Assembly (NCBI GenBank): GCA_013239625.1
Contig: MU053810.1
Location: 731,432 to 751,431, forward strand
DNA: 20,000 bases
Direction of reading: 5' to 3'
DNA from: Lama guanicoe
Lineage: Eukaryota
A model generated the notes under the pieces. It ran no database searches. It saw nothing but the letters and a program-made list of their open reading frames with translations, and was not told where the DNA came from. The first letter of the stretch is position 1. Each line of letters begins with the position of its first letter. Below, piece by piece: positions 9,561 to 18,904 of the stretch. The position numbers and the translations under genes are program-made.

Positions 9561-10379
9561 CATAGTATCACTACCACAGTTTCTGTGTTTCAGATATGGT
9601 GCTGGGTATAGAATTGACCAAGCGCACTCAGCCCTTGGAGAAGTCATAGACCCTTCACGAGTGCAGAGAGTGAGTACCAAGTTCAGACCTGGGTGACTAA
9701 AACCACACGCGTAACTTGCAACAGATGTTACTACTCACAGAAAAAATGTGGCTGAACAGCAGTGGGGATACCACCCTTCAGGACCATGTCCTGTTTCCTT
9801 GCCAGAGAGAGAAGTAACGTCCCCATCTCCCCAGAGATCACTGGTCACTTAAGTTCAGCCATAAACCTTTTAGTTTCTCATTAATTTTTTTTCTGTATGT
9901 TTCTTCCTCTCGCAATAATAGAAGATTGATGTATGACTTGAATACTAAGGAGAAATTCATGGGGTCCTGGTTCATATGGCTCCGAAAGTCTCATGGCAGC
10001 TTTGGAGTCCTCCAACCCCCGGGACAAGCATGGCCTACGGCTCAGACCGCCCCCAGATATATCATGGATGAGGGGCAGACCAACGACATTCCAGGATGCT
10101 CTTTGGAAAAGCAGGGTTTCTCAAAACCCCACGGACAGTGACTTCTTTCAGCAAACAGAACAGGCCTGGAAAATGCTCCAAAGTCCTCTTGAGACTGAAG
10201 TGGGATTTTCCCAGGCTCCCTTGAGAGGACATCGGCCAAGGAGAAGTGAGAGGAGAAGGCAGAGCTGTCCCTTTGCTGAGTCAGATCGACCACCCGCTGG
10301 TGTGCGTAGGGGCTGGCTCACGACGACTCTGTGCACAGGGGCCGTGGATTAAACACCCAGCATAGGAGGGATCGTGCAG

Positions 10380-10680
10380 AATGGCCCAAATCCTCCAGTA
10401 ATTCATAATCTTGTTTGAAGCCGCCCGCGGAATGTGCTCCCCCCCTCGTCAGCGCTGCACGGACCCGGCGCTGCCCCCGCGATGCCTGCGGCCGAGGGCG
10501 CTGCACGGAGCCGGCTGGAGTGCTGCCTCCGCCCCGTGCTGGGCGCGCCTCCTCGCCTAGGCCGCGCCGAGGTCGTGCAGTGAGACGCGGATGATGCGTT
10601 TTCCGGGCTGGTTGTGAACGCGAGGCTTTCGCTCAGCACCTACCACGTGATGGGCTGAGGTCCCAGGGTCCTGCTTCCGT
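10380..10680. promoter_or_regulatory. Orphan CpG-island-like patch
   Basis: Dense CG content (gccgcccgcgg, cggcgctgcccccgcgatgcctgcggccgagggcgc, gggcgcgcc, gccgcgccgagg) with no exon evident. Confidence 0.6.
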
Positions 10681-10870
10681 GGAGCTTCTGTTCTCGGAGG
10701 GAGAGACACATTGTCACGAAAAGTTGAGGGAAAGAGCAAAATGAGAGAAGCTGAGATGAGGCTGTGATGCCGCAGGCCCTGTTCCGGGAGTGCTGTGGGC
10801 AGGAGACCCTCGGCTGTCACCTCCTGTGGGGTGGGCTCAGCGCAGACGTGGCCGGAGGGGGCCTGGGGGC
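10630..10870 (-). mobile_element. L2 3'-end fragment, GC-enriched
   Basis: ctcagcacctaccacgtg...ggtcctgcttccgtggagcttctgttctcggagggagagacac resembles antisense L2 (gagcacctactatgtg...gtccctgccctcatggagcttacattctagtggggagaca). Confidence 0.6.
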
Positions 10871-11199
10871 GCCACGTGCGAAGGCTGATCGCTGCAGGCC
10901 ATCCTCGGCCCAGGTCAGGACAACCCAGGGGCCACTCCGACTGTCCTTAAGCCTGCATCGCAGCCCGCCTGCCCCTGCCCGCCCCTCCGCAGCTCTGCAT
11001 CCGGAGGGCTCCCTGACGAGCACCTGTGCTCAGACCCCTTCTCTGGCTCTACTTTCCTGAGACCCAGACTGCAGCCCACGTGCTCTGCTGGGCCAGGCGC
11101 GTGACTGGTGGCCCCTCGAGACTGGGCCTGTCGAGAAGGGGTCCTTCCCGTAAAGAGAGAGGGCTCAGCCAGGACCTGGGTGACCAGGATCCGTCCCTG

Positions 11200-11900
11200 G
11201 AAGATGGAGGCAGCACGTTCCAGACAACAGCAGAGGGAGAGGAAGGAGAGTGGCCTCCAGAACCGAGGGGGAGAGCCCAGAGGGGGCGGAAGCAGGGCCT
11301 GGAGAGGCCGGGCCTCGTCAGAGAGGCCTTGTAGGCCAGAGTGAGAAATCTGGATTTCCTCCCAGGTGTGATGTGATTGATTTGATCTGACTTTACAGGA
11401 TCACAGGCTCCTGGTGGAGGTCAGACTGTAGGGGCAAAAGTAGAACTGGGGAGCCGAGGCTGGACGAGAGACGATGGTGCGATGGGGAGAGAAGTCGCGG
11501 AGGGCTGGGTGATGGGTGGACGTGGGAGGGGTGGGTAAAGGATGCGATGGGGGTCCTGGCCTGCGTGGTTGGATGGGTCGGGTCTGAGGAGGTGGGTAGT
11601 GGGTGCACAGACCCCAGTGCTGTCCTTCACGGATTGGGAGAGCGGCCAGGGCTTCCCACGCCTTCCCTCCGGACGGGGCGGCTGGCACAGCCTGGCTCCA
11701 CGCCTCGTGTGTTCCCAGGCTGCCAGGGGAAATGACCACTGCCAAGTGGACTTGGTTTCTGGAGACTTCCTGGTCTGTAGGCTGTTAGGCAAAGGTCTCA
11801 GCCAGAGAGCTGAGATTACATTGCCCTGGGAAAGGGGAAGCAGGTCCCGGAGGGCCTCATCGCCAGAAGTGCTGCTCAGCTGTAGAGTTTGTAGAGCGCA
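11200..11900 (-). mobile_element. L2 fragments (purine-rich antisense)
   Basis: gcacgttccagacaa...ggccttgtaggccagagtgagaaatctggatttcctccc...gatctgactttacaggatcac...gactgtaggggcaaaagtagaa. Confidence 0.65.
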
Positions 11901-11907
11901 GGCCCTT

Positions 11908-11936
11908 GGGCCTGGGCCTGGGCCTGGGCCTGGGCC
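11908..11936 (+). repeat. (GGGCCT)4 GGGCC hexanucleotide tandem repeat
   Basis: gggcctgggcctgggcctgggcctgggcc. Confidence 0.95.
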
Positions 11937-12629
11937 GTGGAGGGCGCTTGAGGAGTGAGGGGACTCTGCTGCCACGCCCTTTGCGGATTGTGAGAAAGGG
12001 GCTGACTGTAAACTGATCTCTCTCTGGTCTTCCTGACCTGGATTTTCCTTTTAATTTGATTTCTGTTTATTTGCTTTGCATTGTTCCTGAGAGACTCAGG
12101 GCACAGAACAGAGGTGGCCCAGGCTGATGGCTGCACACCTGGCTCAGGCCAGAGCCTCCCGGCCACAGTCTGCCCTTGTCCCTCCCAGAGGCCTGGGCCC
12201 CACTCTGCAAACCCCCACTGGCTTCCAAATTCTTTGCTCCGGGCGCACCGCACCCACCCTGGGCCCTGGTCTGGTCTCTTCTCTCCAAGTCACTGCCCGC
12301 TGCAGTGGGACCCGGGGAAGGTGCCGTTGGCCAACACAGCCCCCTCGGGAGAAAGCCATCTGGTCACTCCCTTGGGCGTGGCGGAGGGTGGGAGAGATCA
12401 GGGGCTGGCGGACGAGTGTTTAGGTCCCTAGAGCCAGCTCCCTGTGACTTCCGTTTCCTGCCCCTTCTACAGTCAACCAGTGTTTCTGCACCGGCTCCTG
12501 GGGCTCTCAGTTCCTGCTGCTGCAATCTGCAAACACACATGGAGGTCCAGTGTGTAAAGGCTGGGCGGCCCCGTGTGTTACTGGGGGAGGAAATCTAACG
12601 TCACTACGGGATCCCTAACTTCATTTTAC

Positions 12630-12834
12630 TTTTTTAAAAAATTTTTATTTAGAAATAATTACAGACTCACCAGAGGTTGCAAGAATAGCAGAGTCCTGCA
12701 AACTCTTCATCCACCCTCCCCCCAGTGGTAACTTCTTATGTGACGATAAGATACAATATCAAAACCAGGAAACTGATGCTGGTTCTGTACTGGTAACTAA
12801 GACTAAAGACCTTATTCAGTTTCCACAAGTTTCT

Positions 12835-12870
<36 letters not shown>

Positions 12871-12971
12871 ATGCAGGGTGACTCCATGTGTACGTTTATG
12901 TTAACTCCACCACAGTCAAGGTACAGAAATATCCCATCACCACGAAGGAGCTGTGTGCTACCCCTGCCCCC
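12630..12971 (-). mobile_element. Ancient L1 (L1MD/L1MC-like) 3' end
   Basis: T-rich tail, then tagaaataattacagactcacc...gttgcaagaatag...tacaatatcaaaaccaggaaactga...ccaccacagtcaaggtacagaaatatcccatcaccac. Confidence 0.85.
12837..12868 (+). repeat. (GT)16 microsatellite
   Basis: Perfect GT run of 32 nt within the L1 3' UTR. Confidence 0.95.
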
Positions 12972-13521
12972 TGGCGTGTGAGAGTTCTGTAGAGAGAAGG
13001 ACATTCAGAGGTGCACACGGGGACGTTTTATTACAGCGATAGGCACGTGCAGTCCTGGAGGCCAAGCCGTCTCACGATCTGCCCTCTGCAAACAGAAGCA
13101 GCAGGAAAGTCAGCTCTACGGCTCTTTCCAAGTCTGAGTGCCCGAGAGCCAAGGTGCTGAGGGTGAACGTTCAAGTTCAAGGGCCCAGGAATCGGGGCCT
13201 GATGGTGTGAGTCCACTCTGAGTCTGAAGACTGGAGAAGCAGGAGCGCCCATGTCTGAGGGCAGGAGAAGAGGGGCGTCCCAGCTCAGGTGGAGAGAGAG
13301 CAGATCCCCCACCTCTGCTCTGCTGTTCTCTTCAGGCCCTCAGTGGACCGGCTGATGCCCCCCTACGTTGGGGGGTGGGGGGTCTTCTTTACTCAGTCCA
13401 CGGATTCAGATTCCTCTCCCTTCTGGAGACACCCTCACAGACACACCTAGAAATAACGTCTCACCAACCGTCTGGGCTTCCCGTCGCCCAGTCAGGTGGA
13501 CACAGGAAATTAATCATCACA
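12972..13521 (-). mobile_element. ERVL solo LTR, MLT2B-like, inserted into the L1
   Basis: The right end reads tgtgatgattaatttcctgtgtccacctgactgggc on the - strand, the MLT2 start. Internal motifs include caccctcacagacacacctagaaataac and atgtctgagggcaggagaag. Confidence 0.9.
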
Positions 13522-15325
13522 CCTGAAAGCAACTAACCCGGTTTCCCCTGTGAAGCTGTGTCATCTTGCGAACGTTATGTAATTGGAACTACATCGTAGG
13601 AAACTGTGATGCCTTTGAGATGCACCCAAGTTGGCGCACGGGGTTTCTTTTTATTGATGTGTGGTACCCCACTGTATGGGTGTATGAGTTTGACCACTCA
13701 CCCATTAAAGGACATCTCTGGGTTGTCTCCAGTGTTGTGCTATTCTGAACAAACCTAGGAATATTTCTGTTTAAGTCTTCTTTTAAACTGTGGTAAAACG
13801 GACATAAAATTTACCATTGTCACTGTTTTAAGTGCACAGTTTAGTATGTGGACAGGCTTTCGTATGGATGTAAGTCTTCCTTTCTCTGGGACAAATGCTG
13901 GAGAGTGTAATTGCTGGATCACACGACAAATGCATGTTTAGTTTCATACAAAACAACTGCCGAACTGGTTTCTGGAGTGACCGCACCGTTCATCGTACCT
14001 CCCACCAGGGATGCAGGAGAGATCCAGTTTCTCCACAGTGTTGCCAGCATTTGGTCTTATCACTGTTTTTTATTTTAGCGGCTGTAATTGGTGTGAGTGG
14101 TATCTCCTTGGAGTTTTGATTTGCATTTCCCTAATGGCTAATGATGTTAAACATCTTTTCATGTGTTTATTTGTCATTCCTATCTCCTCTTTGATAAAAT
14201 GTCTGTTCACGTCCTCTGCCTTTCCCATCTGATTAGAAGCAGGGCCTGCATTTGTGTATTTATTGCAGTTGTGTTTTGAGTTTTGAGAATTCTTTAAATT
14301 CTCTTAGAGATTCTAGATACAAGTCAGATATGTGGTTTTCAAATATTTTCCCCCTACCTGTAGCTTGTCTTTCATCCCTTTAACAGGGTCTTTTGTTCAG
14401 CAAAAGTTTCAAATTTTGATAAAGTCCAACTTATCCTTTTTTTCCCCATAAATTATTATTTTGGTGTCATGTCTGAGAACTCTACTCTTTGCCCAGCCCT
14501 GCTATCTTTCTTTCCTAAAAGTTTAATACATGTACACTTTACATTTAGGTCCGTGATCTGTTTTGAGTTAATTTTGGTGCAGAATGTGAGATTTAGGAAT
14601 TTTTTAGCCTGTGGATAATCAGTTGCTCCAGGGCCCTTTGCTGGAGAGGCTGTCACTGCTCCATTGGGTAGCTTTTACTTTTGTCAAAACAAACAAACAA
14701 ACAAAACCCCACAGAACAGACCGTGTGGGTCTATTTCTGGGTTCTCTCTTCTGTTCCGTTGATCTCCGGGTCTGTTGCTCCACCAGTACCGCACTGTCTT
14801 GGTTACTGTCACTCTGCAGGAAGCCTTATCAGGTATGTTGATTCCTCCCACGTTACCCTTCTCTGTCAAGATTGTTTTAGCTAATCTAGTTCTTTTGCTC
14901 GTAAATTTTAGAATAAGCTCACGTGCGTCTACAAAATATCTTGCTGGAATTTTGATAGGAATTGCATTACCGTTTTTGAGCGATCATGAATGGAATTACT
15001 TTTGTAATCTCATTTTCAGATTGTTCACTGCTAACATCTAGAAACACAGGCAATTGTTTTACACCAGTCTTTTATCCTGTGATGCTGCTCAACCCTTTAA
15101 TTGTTTCACTAGTTGTTTTGTGGATTCCTTAAGACTTTCATCATACAGAATCATGTCATCTGCAAATAGTCTTGCTTTCCATTCTGGATGCCTTTTCTTT
15201 TTCTTACCCGATTGCACTGGCTAGAATCTCCAGGACAATCATCAGTAGAAGTGATGGGAGTGGACATCCTTGCCTTGCTTCTGATCTTAGGAGAAAGCGT
15301 TCTGTTTTTCACCGTGCAGTGTAAT
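13522..15325 (-). mobile_element. Continuation of the ancient L1 (3' UTR and decayed ORF2)
   Basis: ttgatttgcatttccctaatggctaatgatgttaaacatcttttcatgtg and gtggacatccttgccttgcttctgatcttaggagaaagc are L1 motifs. The minus-strand peptide LNLTFCTKINSKQITDLNVK resembles ORF2 (PYTKINSRWIKDLN). Many stops and deletions. Confidence 0.9.
13778..13845 (-). mobile_element. Short, severely 5'-truncated second L1 (L1MA/MB-like 3' tip) nested in the older L1
   Basis: ttttaaactgtggtaaaacggacataaaatttaccattgtcactgtttttaagtgcacagtttagt resembles the terminal L1MB sequence and interrupts the host L1. Confidence 0.65.
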
Positions 15326-15614
15326 ACAGGGAACACCATTTACTGACCAAGTACCTGGGCCCTGAGAAAGAGGCAGGGGGTGGGGGCAGACAGCCGCCAA
15401 AGGTCCTGCGCCACCACAGGCGGCGGCTCACTCCCTATCTCTCCAGGGGAGCAGGCGAACTGACAGGTTCCCAAATGTTCTGGGAAGGAAAGGCAAGACC
15501 AAGCACGTGAAACTCTTGCCTGGGGCTGCCTGGGGCAGCTGCCAGCAGTGAGGATCCTGTGGACCGTCTTCCCATATTGGGAACTTGACCTTTGTTTGTT
15601 CCTCCCTCTATCAA

Positions 15615-16365
15615 TTTGTTCACTTGTTTAACGCATTTGTCTGGTACCCACTAGGTGCAAGGTATCTTTTGAGACATGACATGAGATGAAATAGACTAAC
15701 AGGTCCCTATTCACCAGATGTTTGTAATTTACAACAGAGGAATGAGTCTCAGATACTTAGGCTTCGGGAAGAGTGTGAGCCCTGGGATGGGAGAGGCTTA
15801 CACTAGGTGCTGTGGTCATTCTGAGAAAAGAGCACGTTGCAGGGTTTTGTGTGTGTTGGGGGGAGGTGGTTAGAGCACATGGGATGGGGAGGTGGCCTAA
15901 AGTGGGTTCAGACAAGCTGAGCCCAAAACGATGCACAGGATCTTGACAGACCACTAGCAGGAGCTCTGGGGACACCGCAGAGCAGTGCTTCTGAACCTCT
16001 CATGTGGGTGTGACTTGCTCGGTCTTGTTAAAATTCTGATTCCATGGGTCTGGAATAGGACTTGAGAGTTCTGACAAGCTCTCAGGTGAAGCTGATGCTG
16101 CAGGTCACAGGGTCACTCTGAGTAGCAAAGGTGTAGAGAACATCTGATACGATTCGACAGGAGAACAGTGGGAGTGCAGGAGAGAAGAACTGGAAAAGTT
16201 AGGTGGGGGCCAGATTCCAGGCTGAGGAGTTTGGACTGTATTTGGCAAGCAGTGCACAGCGTCTGAAGGTATTTGGGTCATGAAGTGAGCCAAGCCGGAC
16301 TTTAGGAAGATTATCCTGGAACTTACTCAATGGAGAGACAGAGCAGGGACAACTAGAGGCCCAGT
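15615..16365 (-). mobile_element. L2 fossil, interrupted by a MER5
   Basis: ttcacttgtttaacgcattt...cccactaggtgcaagg...aggtccct, and ccaggctgaggagtttggactgtatt...tttaggaagattatcctgg. Confidence 0.7.
15983..16128. mobile_element. MER5A-like DNA transposon
   Basis: cagtgcttctgaacct...cttgttaaaattctgattccatgggtctgg...ttctgacaagctctcaggtgaagctgatgctgcaggtc...cactctgagtagca. Confidence 0.8.
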
Positions 16366-16377
16366 GATTTGTTCTCC

Positions 16378-16540
16378 TTCCATGTATCCATCCATCCACC
16401 CACCTTCCCATCCACCCACCCTCCTACCCATCCATCCACCCACCTTCATTCATCCACCCACCCATCCATACACCATCCATCCACCCACCCATCCATCTAC
16501 ATCCATCCACCCATCCATCCATCATCTATCCACCATTCAC
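16378..16540 (+). repeat. Compound (CCAT)n/(CCAC)n tetranucleotide repeat
   Basis: atccatccatccacccaccttcccatccacccacc...catccatccatcatctatccaccattcac. Confidence 0.95.
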
Positions 16541-16850
16541 TAACACTGCTAGACACACGCTATGGTCCAGACCCTGGAGGAAGATGAAGAAGCCCCGTTC
16601 CACCCCCTCCCCCCACAGGGACCCCAGCCCGGGTGGGGCTGATGAACTCATGTTACGCGTGCAGGTTCTACAGGAGCAGAAGAAGGTGGCCAAGGGGCTT
16701 CCTGAAGGAGGGGATCCGTGAGAGCTTTCTAAGAGCAGTGGGAGTAACTTGGATAGAGAAGAGTCTAGACTCTCCCAGTTAGAGGGAGCCACTTGAGCAA
16801 AAGCCAGAGGCGGGCAGCAGTGCAGTGCGTGTGGGTAACTGCTGGCAGCC
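16541..16850 (-). mobile_element. L2 3' fragment whose tail abuts the CCAT repeat
   Basis: caaggggcttcctgaaggagggg...tcccagttagagggagccacttgagcaaaagccagaggcggg. Confidence 0.65.
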
Positions 16851-17097
16851 TGGGGCTGACGGAGTGTGGGGTTCAGCCAGTGGAGGCTGTGGAGGTGCAT
16901 TCGGGTCCCTGGTCCCCAACAACAGGGACTAGCTCTGGTTACTTCAGCGTACTGGTGCCTCTCAGAACTGACCTTCTGTGGGCCTGGAGCTGGGTCTCCT
17001 CACTTCCCTGAGGATCGTCTCCAAGCAAGCAGGCTGTGGTAAGTGAAACCACAGTGCCCACTCTTGGAGACCGCAACAGTAACTGGACTCTGGGGAC

Positions 17098-17242
17098 ATT
17101 TATTTATATTTTCATTCATTTTTATTTTGTGGAGGGGGAGGTAACTAGGTTTATTTATTTTTCTTAATGGAGGTACTGGGGACTAGACCCAGGACCTCGT
17201 GCATGCTAAGTACGTGCTCTACCACCAAGCTGTACCCTCCCC
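17098..17242 (-). mobile_element. Camelid tRNA-derived SINE (Vic-1-like)
   Basis: The minus strand reads ggggagggtacagcttggtggtagagcacgtacttagcatgcacgaggtcctgggtctagtccccagtacctccatt, a tRNA-like head with degenerate A and B boxes. It is followed by aaataaataaacctagttacctcccc and an A-rich tail. Confidence 0.85.
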
Positions 17243-17249
17243 AACCCCA

Positions 17250-17465
17250 GAAACGTTCACGTGCCCAGGCCCTGTGCTCAGTGCCCCACACAGGCCAGTA
17301 GCCCTAGGAGAGGTCCCCTAGGCTTACTAAAGACGGGGTAACCCTAAGAATGAGGAAACAAGGCTTCAAGAGAGCGTGCAGCTTGCCTGAAGTCACCTGC
17401 TGCTGGGACCTGGACGAAGCTAAGTCCGCTGTGCTCCAGAGCCTAGAGCCGTGACCCACCGCCCA
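17250..17465 (-). mobile_element. MIR SINE
   Basis: gtgcccaggccctgtgctcagtgc...atgaggaaacaaggcttcaagagag...cttgcctgaagtcac...ctccagagcc. Confidence 0.75.
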
Positions 17466-17720
17466 GGGGAAGGAGACGGAAGGTCCGGGCCTGGCGGTGA
17501 CCGCCTGGGGCTCTGGTGACATGGGCACACTGGCCATGACCTCCGCCGGGTGGCAGAGGAGGGTGTGACGGGGTGGCGCGGTGCCAGCACAGAGGCCGGT
17601 GCAGCCGGGCTGGAGGAGGATCTGCGGACATGGAAGAGAGGGTACTGATGGAGCCTTGCCAAAGGCGCCGAGATGCTGGGAAGGCAGCTCGGGCTCCAGG
17701 GAGGCGAGAGGCGCTCCAGG

Positions 17721-18318
17721 CATTACGGAACCAAATTTGGACCTGCTGGCCTGCTGCACGGCGAAGCCAGTCTACTGACACCAGGTTGTGGTGGAGCGAA
17801 GTACAGCCTTCCGTGCAAGTGCTGAGCATGGAGACCGGGCAGCTCGCGCTCCAGAGGCCTGAACTCCCCAGCGCCTGTCAGGGGAGGGGTTTTAAGGGGA
17901 CACGTGGGCTGAGGGCTGCGGCTCGTGGGCTTTCCCCTGACTGGCCGGTGGCGAGGGAGCAGGGCGAGATTTCAGGAGTCTTAGTCACCTGCTTTCTGGC
18001 TCCAGCCAGTCTGGAGTCCGCATGTTTGTGTGTGTGGGGGTCTTAGTTTCTGCAGCTCAGCTCGAAGACACGCATCAGCTTGTCACGTGTGCCCCTGAGG
18101 AGGAACCAGGACCCTGCTCTGTCGCTGACCCAGTGTTTAAGCGGTCGTCACTCTTCCTGCTTGTCCGCTTCTGCTGTTTCTGCCTTCCCTCACTTCCCTA
18201 GTTAGTAACGCTTGAGCCTGCCCTTTGGAACCCAGGGAAACCCCCAGAGACTGAACAGTGGGGGACCTGGAGGGGCTTTTGCCCTGGGGAGGGCCCCACA
18301 GGGTCCTGCTCAGCTTCA
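17721..18318 (-). mobile_element. ERV1 solo LTR, cetartiodactyl MER41-like
   Basis: ttacggaaccaaatttgg...aagccagtctactgacaccaggttgtggtg...ggggtcttagtttctgcag...ccttgaggaggaaccaggaccctgc-like...cctgccctttggaacccagggaa...gggccccacagggtcctgctcagcttca. Flanks cagg/caga give a 4-bp TSD with one mismatch. Confidence 0.8.
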
Positions 18319-18904
18319 CAGAGAGGTCTCAGCGCCGCAGGGGCCGGAGGCCCGGCTTCAGAGCACTGTGGCCAGCTGCGGACCGAGGGACTGCCTCTTA
18401 AGGCCGTAACTGGAGGGCGGGCGTCTGTCCGCCAAAGGCCTTGGCTGGCACGAAGGATGGAACCAGCGAGGCTGGGAAGGAAGTCACCCAACAGACATGG
18501 CCCACGTGCTCGGCGTAGAGGTGACCTGGAGGTGGGGATGGGGGCAGAGGAGACCCCAGGGGAGGGAAACTGCCAGAAAGAGTCAGCCACCCCTGCACAC
18601 CCCCCCACTCACACACACACTCTCCTTCTCCGCCCCCCTCTCTGGTGCCCCATCCCCACCCCTCAGCTGCTCTTGGGCTCTGGACTGGGGGGCCTCTGTC
18701 AGTGAGGAGATTGGGGTGGTGCGTGGGGGCTGGTGAAAGATGGCCGAGCTCTCCAGCTGAAAGAACTCTGTGGAGGCAGAGACTCACTGCCGGAGACGCA
18801 GTCAGAGGCAGAGCCCTGTACGGACCTCTGCAGGGACCCGGGAGGCTGAGTTTCCCTCCGGGCTCCAGCCGTCTTGATGGCTCCAGGATGGCAGTGGGGA
18901 GGGC

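Noticed and set aside
10448..10472. REST/RE1 site in the CpG island (tcagcgctgcacggac)
   Set aside because: The half-site spacing is wrong and the right half is a poor match.
11421..11975. 184 aa ORF with GPGPGPGP, the longest in the track
   Set aside because: It is a translation of the GGGCCT repeat and L2 remnants, not a collagen-like or other real gene.
14011..15339. ORFs with similarity to L1 proteins
   Set aside because: They are fragmented, decayed ORF2 or antisense L1 sequence, not an active element or a host gene.
16369..16587. His/Pro-rich ORF
   Set aside because: It is a translation of the CCAT/CCAC microsatellite.
17170..17242. tRNA gene
   Set aside because: The tRNA-like head has a degenerate B box and continues into a SINE body and A-rich tail, so it is a SINE.
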